This document shows, piece by piece, positions 13,001-25,000 of a stretch of 64,000 bases of DNA. The notes beneath the pieces are model-generated. The model was given only the letters and a program-made list of their open reading frames with translations, had not been told where the DNA came from and ran no database searches. A program made the translations under genes and the position numbers. Each line of letters opens with the position of its first letter. Position 1 is the stretch's first letter. This stretch comes from Iphione sp. A-MEVVRFRX5 (taxonomy: Eukaryota), in assembly GCA_976226885.1 (NCBI GenBank), contig OZ320314.1:13764001-13828000 (forward strand). The letters are read 5' to 3'.

Positions 13001-16000
13001 AGGAAGTACCACTATTATGCATTATATCATTAATAGTATTTACTGTGAATGAGAATCATTAGGCTGGTAATATTGCACATTTAATTTTTTGGCAGGGTAC
13101 AATCATTTATTATTGATACAAATGTACCATAATATATAAATTGGGCTGCAGTCTATTTTATTACAAACAAAACACATTGGACAACAGCATGGGAACCAAT
13201 TGTTAATTGTAAATTGTAAAATACCCAGTGAGTAAAATGTTATGTTTTGGTATTATGTAGATAGCTAGGCAACATCACAGACATGCATTACAGACACAGA
13301 CACCATAGTCCTAAGATGCCTCAGATGATGTATACCCAAGGCTTTGTATTGTAGTGACATAATGACATAGATCATAATTATGCTGGTGTCATGAACCTAA
13401 GCCTAGTGCTATGAAGTATTATGTTCAAGGGACCAATGCTGTTCATACAGAGTGAACCTTCCAGCTGACTACTGTGACAGGAGACCTGGCCTGGTCATGC
13501 CACACCAAAGGGCTATGAAAGTTTGTTAAATTAATTGAGGGTGTACAATGGGCAAACAACCAGGTCTTCACTCCTAAGTATAGCAAACATCCTCCTTTGG
13601 TTAAAAATCTGTATGGCCTGTGACCACCTTGGCATAGCTGTGGACTGTAATGGAAAGTGGGGATAGATTGCCATGTGATTTTAGTGTTCAACACTGACTG
13701 CATCTCCTCTGGGTTCATCAGGTGGCTCAACACCAGGATGCATGCCTTATCTGGGAAAACTACATTGAGTGCCAGAAACCAGTTCTGACTACCTTGGACC
13801 CATTCTCATGTTCCAGTCAGGCAATTTTCCTATCCAATGTAAAAGTTTTTCTTGGAAATAGAGAAATGGGTAGGAAACTTTTACTCTTTAAGTTGATAGT
13901 TCATTGAACTGTCAGACTCACAAGTTAAAACAATGTCTTAATAATCCTAACAACAGAGCAGCTCCATGACATGTGTGATCAGTCTAATCCATCTTTTTAC
14001 TAGGGTATGTACAAATAATATTCTCACTTCAAATTTGATTCTACACACAGCTTGAGAAGAATGCAGTTGATCACCTGTCCATTCATCTTAAGGTGGGTTG
14101 CTGAATCCTTCTCACATGAAAAGGCCTACACCTCCTTTTGCACATTTACTGAAAAAGGTCCCTATTGCCACCAGCAGTTTCTTTGTTTTTGCTGTCATTG
14201 AAGGATAATTGCTGGAGCATGTCAAAGATGTAGTAAGTGCCATTTCCCTTTCCTAGGATGATGAGACAAGCATTGATCTCACAACAATTTGTAAGCTCCT
14301 TTTCTTTTGGCATGAGTGCAATGCAATCTCACTGAGGCAGATGGTATACAAACCATTCTAGGTTTAAAATCTATATACACTTATTGTGAAACAAGGTTGA
14401 GCCCTCAACATAGTTCCCCTCCAAAATATATGAATCATAGCTCCCCTCAAAAATGCTGACAGCATACATACTTGACCTGGGAAATTAAGATCTCTCCCTA
14501 CTAAAAAACAAAGTGACCCCACCCTGAATGCATGCGATATAGTATACATGTATAAGAGCACACTCCTTCTGTTCTTCATCAATATCATGCAAATATACTA
14601 ATGGAAACCTGAATACATGAATTTTAAGCCTAATTCTTTCTTGGTCTTAGAGTCAGCTGGCACGATTGCACAGTGCCACATGTCATGCATGATCTGGAGC
14701 AGTCAGCTGATAATGCAATATGCTAGGTGCAGACAGTTTTGGACCTGTAGGAGCTTTCTGAGTGGATTTTGTCCCTCCCTGAGAGTCAGCTTATCTATAC
14801 TGGGAGCGACTTGAACCTCATTCATGCTGTTCTTCAGGCACTTCTAGCATCTTCTGCTGTGTGCCAATGACTGCCCCAAGTCACAGGACTGAAAGACAGA
14901 AGGGGCCAGTTCATAGAGGTGGATGTAACATAAGTATATATATATATAAATGTGTATACATTCCAGTCTGAGGTCTATCATTGCCAGGATCATATCCCTG
15001 GACCCTGCTCCTGTAAGTTGCTAATGGTATGGCCAAGAGACCCTTACCAATGCCCCATGACATTACCTAAGATGATGGTTTCTTTCAGGTTGCATGCAAC
15101 AATAGAGCAGTCCTGCAGAACTGTCATGCTGCTAATGCCAGGGCTTTTCATAGTGTCTGCCTTCTATCAGGTCATTACCAGAAGCCAGGGGTGAAATGGA
15201 CCAAACATGACATCTGATGTGGCTTCTTCATGGACAAAGTTATCTATTTGGTCAGGACATTTAGTGGTGCTAGGATGTTTCAGCAGGCTGCCAGTATGCC
15301 AGATTGGTAACACTTTGGGACATTACAATGTTTTTGAAGTATACACCTGATTGTTGGTGGTTTTGTTGACATTGAGCTTGTGTACCTCAAAAGAGTTTGT
15401 GCTTCACCATTTCAACAATGACACAATGAATTTCTAGTCCATTTTGTACATGCTTTCAGATAAAGGGGACTGATTTTGTAGGCAAAACAATCCTCATCAG
15501 GACACCTAACTCATTCAGTCTCGGGAGGAAGAAGACCTATTGCTTAAGATGACCATACCCCTGAGGTGGCAAATATCAGATGTGATGATGATTGACAGGC
15601 AGTGAACAACATTAGTGGAATGTGTAACAAGGCATGACAATTTTACTCAGTCTTCTTGCAAACACCTCTGATACCTGCAGTTACAGTGATTTAGCCATCA
15701 ATATATGGATGCACCAGTTGCTGGCTTTGGGGTTGGCCTCATCCAAAAAATCTTCTCAACAAACCCAGTGCCTCTTTTGAGGTTACAGGCAGTCACTGCC
15801 CAGCTTAGAGGGCCAATAATTGGATTCTGATATGTACAATCTGGCGAACAGGTACACAGACCCTCAACTATAGAGTTAGTTCCCAGTAGGGTTACAGGCT
15901 GCTGAAACCATTAGCCTAGCACATCCAAGAATAGGAACTATGCATATGCACAGAAAAGCTATAGGGCTCTATCGCTTACCCATTAAAGTGTACCAGACAG

Positions 16001-19000
16001 AGTCCTAATAAGCTCCTTCCCAAAGTGAGTTTTTGTCATGTCACATCGGGATTCAGATATCAGTTCTGACAATCACATTTTCAATGCCATATACTCTCCT
16101 TTTGCACCCTAAGGGAGGCTCTCTTACCTATTGCATTTGCATCAATGCTTTTATATGCACAGAAGAGACACCCCTTCAGGTCTAATAAACATGCATGATA
16201 TATGCTATACACATGCATATTAGAGACTGAAGTTTGAGCAGAGGGATGCTAGTCAGGTACAATTCACTGAAGTAAAACACTATTAATGATGCCTCTGGGA
16301 ACAAAGCCTGAGCCTACTTTTTACTCGACTGGATTTTGAGAAAAAATATTCAATAAGACAAGCCCAAAAGCACCAACTATATGGGAAGCTTGAGGCACTA
16401 AGGAGTCAAGATGTGGAAGAGTCTTCCACAGTCTGTTAAATCATAATTGAGAACAGACTATAAGAAGATTGTTGCTGCACAACATCAAAGGTAGTCCAAT
16501 AACTGTGAACTACTTCTGAGTACAGCAACTGGAATGTCATTTCTGTGGCAAGAGCAGAAGCTTCAATGAAGGGAAAAATATAGTTTATCACAGGATGAGC
16601 TATTTCCAGGGCATTTTCCTTCTATTACAGGCTTGGGTAATGAATGGTTATTGTCAGTGTTATTTTATACTAACATAGTTGAAAGAAGCTGAGCAAAGGA
16701 AAAAAATATTTAATCCCACAAAGAAAGACCTGTGAGACATCTGAGAAGATTAATAAAAATATCTAAAATTCAAATAAAAATTAGATTTTAATGTAAATCA
16801 TCAGTAACTCATGTAGTGTCATGAAAATTTGAGTGACAGTAATTTGTTAGGTATGGCAAATAGTTACCAGCTGGGAACTTACAGTTTAGCCATGCTCATT
16901 GTACGCACAGCAGAGTAGCGCTGCATTGAACTTTGTGATGTACCAAATCTTCCTATGTAATTTGCTCCTACTCCAAATGTACAGGTCCATATTGTATAGC
17001 GAATAGTTGGGTCAGCACTCACACTTGAAATGGTAGGAAAGAAAGTCTATAGTATTACATGCTTCTTTCATTTTCAACATGCCTGCAGACTATTTAAAAG
17101 AAGGTTGGATCTGACATTCTCCATTGTTTGCAATTAACAAATCTGTTCACCTCATGAACATCTACAAGAAAGCTATTTATTTAGGCAGGCTATATTTTTA
17201 TTTTTCAAGAGGCAAAATTAAGATTCTCTAGCTTAGCTGGATTTTGAGTGCTACATTGTAAGGAATGCACTTTGTATCAGACAGTGGTACTGGGAATTGT
17301 ACTAAAGGCATGATTATACTGGAAACATTGTATAGTGGAAACATTTAATTTTATGTAGGAATACAATTTTTAAAAAACACATGATTGATATCTCCACAAT
17401 ATTTGTAATATAGTATGACTCATACAAATATCAATCAAGTTGAATGCATGATTTAGAATAGATGTAGACCCATATACTCACCGGAAACCACAATCAAATG
17501 TATGTATCTAAACTGCATATGAGGGAAAAAATTTGTTTCCGATCGGGGTTTAGGTATGGACTTGTCACATACATAACTATAGTGTTTATCGATTCAAAGC
17601 AAATATTGCTAAAATTTAGTAAAGATAATTTTTTCTGACAGCCTGCTTTACCTGTATGTGTATTCTTCAACAACTTGATATAGACGCCTATGATCTATGA
17701 TTGTATACAATGATACCTTTGGTGACTTATTATCATATTTGCACATTACTGATCAAAGACCTACGTTTTATTTATAAGCTCATAAACTGTAGTTCTTTTT
17801 AAACTACTCGTATTAACAATGTCAATTCCAATCTATTATCAAAAGTGTACTTAGAGGTTTAGTTTATGATACTGTTATGGCCAGACCTTAACATACTGGA
17901 GGCAAACTCTCAAATAAAGTTTAGATGTTTATTCTTGAGAGGTAAGAATGCAACTGCACTTGCTTTTATACACACAGTCATAATGTGCAGAGCTAGCATG
18001 AGGAGTAAAATTACATGCTTACCGTGCTGAGTAACTCGGTGCAGAGTTTATTACTGCTCTGCACAACAATACAATAACTCTAAGCACCTTGAGAAAGTAA
18101 ACAATTTATGCTACATTTGTAGATAATAATGTTGTTTTGATAAAATTGAAATGACACACAGAAAATCTACATTGGCTTATGATTTCTAATAGTGATAATG
18201 AAATTATTTATCAATAAGCAGCATTTAAGACAACATTCTTGTTACACTGTTATTAGCAACCATCAAGAAAGCCTTTAACAAAGAAACTTTGCTTCCAGTA
18301 GTCTGTTGAGAACTGACACAGGCAATATGTTAGAGGTAATTTTCATTTTACCAGACAAATGTTCTGGTGAAAGATTAGACAGTGATTTCCAATCACAGAC
18401 CCATAATCATTCTTGCTTGAATCATAATGAAATTTCTATTATTTAAAGATTAATGATGCTTCATTTATTCTTAAAATATTAACATATCAATTTTCATTAA
18501 AGAGGTCAAATATCATGGTTGGGCAGGTTATTGGCAACAAAGATGTTTCCTAAACAGGCCTAGGCAAGAGACATCTGTATGAGCTTCTCATTTAAACTCA
18601 ACATTAGAAATCCAATACCTCTCATTATGCTAAATATGATGTATATACAGATACTTACTCAGCAATATTGTGTCGATCCCACATACCAGTAATAGCAAAA
18701 ACATCATCAATACCACCAACAGAATGTATAGCCTGAATAAAACAAAAGCTCCATATGAAGGTTACAATATACATAATATCTTTGACTTCAGGTGTTTCTT
18801 CTCAGAAACTGCCTAGTGATTTTACAATTATATTTCATGCCCAAAAATTTCACAAATGTTTAATTGGTTATTTTATCTATTTCTATTTCATTGCACAATG
18901 GCACTTGGCAAAGTCTTTGAATCATTTTTTGTTCAAATCTCTCACATCTATAATAATGCATAATATCTATACTTTTATGCAGAAAAATTTTAGTGAACTC

Positions 19001-22000
19001 TTATAATATGAGACCTAGTTCTCAATTTTACCACTATTTTTATATAGTTAATTATTTTGATAAAAAAGACATTATTCGAAAATTATTACTATGAATTATG
19101 TTACACCTTAAAAAAAGATAAAGTAAAATAAATGACAATATAGACGAAATATTATTGAAAATAAGCCTCTTGAGACTGCACACACATTTAAAAAACATTT
19201 ACTAACAAATGTCAATAGCATCACCTATTAGGTGAGGTCTCTGGAGACATGAGAAAGAGACATACGAAAGAGCAATGAACTGTTAGCTTTGGCCATTGTT
19301 AAAGAATAAACTTCCAGTCAGCATGAAATTCAATGGGTAATCTTTATTCCTGAGGAACATTCAGCAACAATATACATACACAACTGATTCAAACCTCTCT
19401 GCGAACATCACTCATATACAATCCAAAACTCCCTCTGCGGCCCTCCGCGGCCCTCCGCACCTCCGCAGAATGAACACTCCCTCCGCACAGCAAACACCCT
19501 CGGCTGAAACATGAACACCCGTCCCTCTGCTGACCCTCACAACAGAAGATTTGCATACAATGCCTCATTGAATAACAAGTATCAGCTGATACACCTCTAG
19601 AGACTAACATGCGAGAGGACAATGAATATGGATAGCAACAGGAGTTGAACAAGATAATGCACAGAATTGACTATAAGCATAAATTCATATTGACTGGTTG
19701 GGGGAGTGGTGAACTTCTCACCCTGTATCGTAAGCCTATACCACTGACTGCTCATGGCAAAACATAGCCGAGGATTCCAGTAAAGCACACACTGGCTATA
19801 ATAATACAGGAGCGCATCATGTATGCCTTCTATGAATTATGAGCAGATTTTGAAATTCTGTGTTACAAATCCATAATTTAACAATTCAATTCTTTCTCAC
19901 TTTAATTTGCTGTGAGAAATGGGTAAACGAAGAGATTCGCCTTCTCCATAACCGATATAAGGTGTCACTTCACTAATGCAATGAACATCAGTTCTGATCT
20001 CAAAAGGCAGAATAGGGAAGTGGTCTTAAAAATATTATGGATATGCATTGTCATGTGCAACCAGGGCTGAAATCCCTAAAATCTTTGGACAGAAGCCAAG
20101 AGGGCTGTCAAGTGAAATGATCAATGTTAACACAGAACAATCTGGTTAACTTCAATGCCAGACTTCTTTTTTATGTAACCCTCTCCAAATGCAGTGACAG
20201 ATTACCTGTGGCCTAATCGCTACAAACAGAACCTTGGTGGATTATGTAATACTGAATATTTAAATACATACAACACATTTTACTGTTTGCAATATTTCTT
20301 CATTTTGATGGTCCAACCAACTATTATCAGATCAACTTATTGGCAGCTGTGGCTCAGACTAACCTATCAGATAATATTATTGGAGCTACAAGTCTGATGA
20401 TGCCTATTCATCATACTATGTATATGACAAAGACTTAGTATAGCCACAAATGGTTGTATTGTGCAGGTGATCTGGTTACAATCATTGTCACAGTCCAAAA
20501 GAGAAAATGTGTTTTGGTAACAAGCCAAACATCAGCAGCTTGAAGTACAAAACACTGGCATTGCTGGCATTGTTTCTGTGTGTGTGTGTCATATGTTAAA
20601 ATTGGAGGGGGAAGTTATAGCAAAATATTTTTTACCTTTATGCATACTGTGAGTAGGCCAGCAACCATGACCATACATTGAAACACATCAGTCCATATGA
20701 CTGCTCTGATGCCACCCTTGGAAAAACAAATAGTACAGTACAGTGCAAACACAGATCTGAACATATGAACTCAGAGGGCAACCCCATATAAAAGACAAAA
20801 TGGGACATTAATCATACCCCATTTTAGTCTGTATGACTAGATCAGGTAAAAGGACATCTCATTATTAAGGGCAAAATTGCCTGGTCCCCTTAGTGTTCTT
20901 AAATTAGAGTTACTACTGTTTTTATTTACGATGAAGATATTCAGTAAATATTTTACTAGTACTTATGAGGCTAATTGTACTCACTAGGCATGTATAAATA
21001 GTAGTGATAACTCCTATGATCAACACCATGCCCCATACAGGGAATCCAGTCACTTGAAAATAGAAATAAAAAGAGGAGCTTCTGTGTATTTTGTACATAA
21101 CCTACCCCAACCAGAATAAAGTAGAAGAAATGTTAAGAATAAGAATAAGAATAATTTTATTGGACCTCTCCATTTGACGGAGCTATCATGGTACAATATG
21201 TATAGAAAAGTGAGTTATAAACGAGTTTGTGAAAAGAGTATAAAGGCAACTCATTTTGCTAATATGAAAAATTTGAAACTCACTTGCTTGCAAGGCTATG
21301 GATGGTCCAAAAAAGTCTATACATGTGACCAAAACCTGAAAGAGTTACAAATTACTGTCTAAAGATTGATTCTAAAGCACTTGGGGCTGTGGTGTACAGG
21401 TAGGTATTGTGAAGCTAAACATGACTGCATATAAATATCTGTTCAGATGACAACTCACATTTCCTTTGGACACTCAACTCTGAGTTAAAAATCAAATCAT
21501 TGAGGACAGTATTCTGGGAAGAGACCATGTCAACATAGACCCCCAAAGTATTTGGCCTTATAAAAAGGGATAGCGAAAAATGCTCAATAAGAAAAAGACC
21601 AGATCTTCCAGACCAACATTTGGTTTCTTCAACCAAATATCGCTTAACAGCTGTTTACAGGAACACTGGTTATCTGGAGTATGGCAAGTTTGATAAATCA
21701 GCATTATAGAAGTGGCAAACTTGATGGAAAAAATTCTAGTGAATTTGATGAGGTAAAGTCCTAATGGTTGCATATTTAATGAATAATCATTCTAACAGTC
21801 CCAGATATGATGAATATGTGTGAAAATGTGCAAATAAGGTAGACCTTTGCAGGATGTATCATCTATTCACATATATACTTTGCTTCAACAAAGCCAAGCT
21901 ACTAAATGCTACTTGCATATTTAGATGTGCTTGTGTTAAAATTTTGGTCAATGACCAACCCAAACATGGTGCAAATACACTGCAAATGTAATACAAGGAC

Positions 22001-25000
22001 ACAAGTATGAAAACCAGTAACATATGTTCTCAAATGTTCCATAAATAATGACACATATGCAAAGTGAAGTATATTCATAATAGTATGTGTGCTGGTGTCT
22101 GTTAAACTATTGATATTAAAAGAAGCTATTGTCATAAAATAATCACTTCATGAACCCTTATCAAATAACCATTTATAAACATCCTTTTCATATCATTCAT
22201 AATCTTGTTTGTGAAGAAAAATCTGATAGAAATGGAAAAAAACAACTTATAATAGTCTTAAACCTACCAGGTTTACTAAGCTTGCTGCACTTGCTAATAT
22301 TGCCACGAGTTTTGACTTGAACCGCAATTGAAGGTACTATAAAACATCACATACATTGCATGTATTAAATAATGTACTACAGACATATCACTGTGGTTAA
22401 TACTAGACAGGAGTCTAACCATACTCATGTATGTAAAGTCATTGTTTATTCTCAAAAATAAAGTTTGGTGATTATATGCGATTAACAATCAACATATGGA
22501 ATAGTATTAGTTGTTCCCTGAGCTCCTGATTTGTATCACCATATCATGAAGTTGAAATCTACATGTATCAGCATATCATTCTCATATGTGTTGTAGAAAG
22601 TGTACACACTACCTTGTTAGAGGGCAATATCATGAACCTAGCAGTTTATGCAGTAAGGAATTTAATAATACAACAGCATCACATATGTTACAGTAACATG
22701 ATAACATAATAAGAGAGAACTCTTTAATAAATATATGTATAGTGAACTGAAATCAGGTAGTTATAGCATAGTAGGAAGAACTTAATTAGGATACATATGC
22801 CTAAATATAAATGGATGTATGTGTGTGAGGGATTGATTAAACTTGACCACCATTATCAACATCAACAAATTCAATGTAAAGTCGATTCTATGTTTAACCC
22901 CTTCTGGACCACATCATTTCAGTAAACCACCTTAGTATAGCAGCATGTTTGAGTGTTTTCATTGATTTGATGGAACTAAGTATTATATCAACTTTATCTG
23001 TATACCAAATTACATTTCTCTAAATGAATATGGATGTCGATAAATAATTTTAGATGAATTAAAATGAAATTGTACTGTAAACACCACTGTTGCAATGTTT
23101 GCAGCATGTCAAAAGTTACATCACGAATGGAAAATGCTGGAAAATGCTGGAAACGCTGTACATACCTATATACACTATGCAAGAAGGTTATGAGTATGAG
23201 TCATATCAAAGACATCTGGTAAATTCTTGAATGATCAAATAGAGAGAGTATGACAAGTCGAATATGTCTCTGTGAATAGCCCGAAAGTGTTGCGTTATGA
23301 AATGACGTAACATTTGTTGAATCATTAGCATATGAACATGTTTATGTTAATATATCCAATATAATCCGGTATTATTTGGTCATGTGTATTGGGTATTCTT
23401 TTCTTTTGCAAATGTGCTCTGCATTCTTCATTGAAAAAATTATAATGCGCCACAGGAAAAGCAATATGTTGCTATGCAAACAATGAGATCATCGTGTGCA
23501 GAGCATCAATTTTAACCATGGAGGAGCTAAAGAAATGCATTTATTGACAAAGGGTGAATGCAAAATACATATCTAGATATACATGAGCTTGCATATATAT
23601 ACAACCAAAAATGTTATTACATGTAAGTCTGTAATCCTCAATGTTGTTATATATACCAAATCTGTGCCATTGTATCTGTGTTGTATATGGTGACACAAAG
23701 TACATTATATTCCAGTCTATCAATTCCTGATCCATTATTGGAGACAATAGAAAGGGGACAGAACAAACAGGCCATTTTTCGGAAATCGTACATCGCTACT
23801 AAGGTAACTTCAGACACGAAATTATTTTTTCCGGAATATTCCGTATGATCTTCATACATATAAGGAGGAAATGGTGTTGTTAGAGGATGAAATAATCCTC
23901 AAGTAGTAAAGCATTTGGTATGCATCTCAGCTTATAGATATCCATGTGTGTCTTTATAGCAGAAATACAAGGCAATATTTAAGCATATAGTTTTTGTCAT
24001 GCTTTGTAGTTTAGTGGCAACCTCAGTCGAGGGAACAAAACGTGTTCCTTCTATAAGTTTGGTCTGCAATAAGGGAACGCTTCCTTGCTGAGTCTCCAAA
24101 ATTATATGATGACCAGCATGAAAGAAAACCTGGTGTTAATACAGGTATGATATTAGTAAAACCTATGACATTTGACTTCCAGAAATTTCAGAATATTGAA
24201 ATTCACATTTTTCTTTGTTCAATCTGATCTAAGTCATACAGGCTTACCACATGATGTTGGAAGAACCTGTGGCAAGGACCAGCACTGAACATGTCTGCAG
24301 TATCTGGTCTGTAATAAGACATTGAGTGTCTCCCCATGAAAAGAACAGAAAAGTAAAATTACTGCTGAACTACTTCATGCTCTTGTCTCTCATTCCATCA
24401 AAGGCTGTGATGTGCCAAAGGATAAAGCAGTTCCTTATTGAGGTCATGCAGAGGTGAACATTGCAGAATGCGCGTTTGCAGCTCCAGACTCACTTGAACT
24501 CTTCTTGGAACTTGATGCAGCATACATGACAGTTACACCTCAAACCACAATTCTGTGGTAGGTGTTCTGTGTGATACTCGGCATCTGCTGATGCAACAGC
24601 TGACCTGGGACATACTGGAACATCCTCATCATCGTTTTTGTCTGCTAGCTGACGGACGAGTTCTTCTCAATATTGCAGTTGGCTGAATCAAAAAACGAAA
24701 GGAAACATTCAATAAAAAGTCCAGCAGTAAGCATGTTTACAACTAGACTTGCAGACCCCAGTTCAAAGACTTTATAATTTTTTCGGATATGCATCATGTG
24801 AGGAGGTAGTCTTCTAAATGCCTTTCATAGTAACACATTCCTTTGTCCAACAAATTATCCTCGTAATCGGAAATTTTTCTTGAGTTCTGCATCGAAAATC
24901 TTTTCTGTTATGTGAGAGCTACTTTGCAATAACTGTTATTCCAGAATAAATAAGACTTACAGCACAACGTTATCGACCCTTGTTGAGCCCTGGGAGCTGG

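Noticed and set aside
21902-22135. ORF starting MTIASFNINSL as a LINE endonuclease N-terminus
   Set aside because: No further APE motifs; the frame is not kept in the paralogous intron (~50200-50330).
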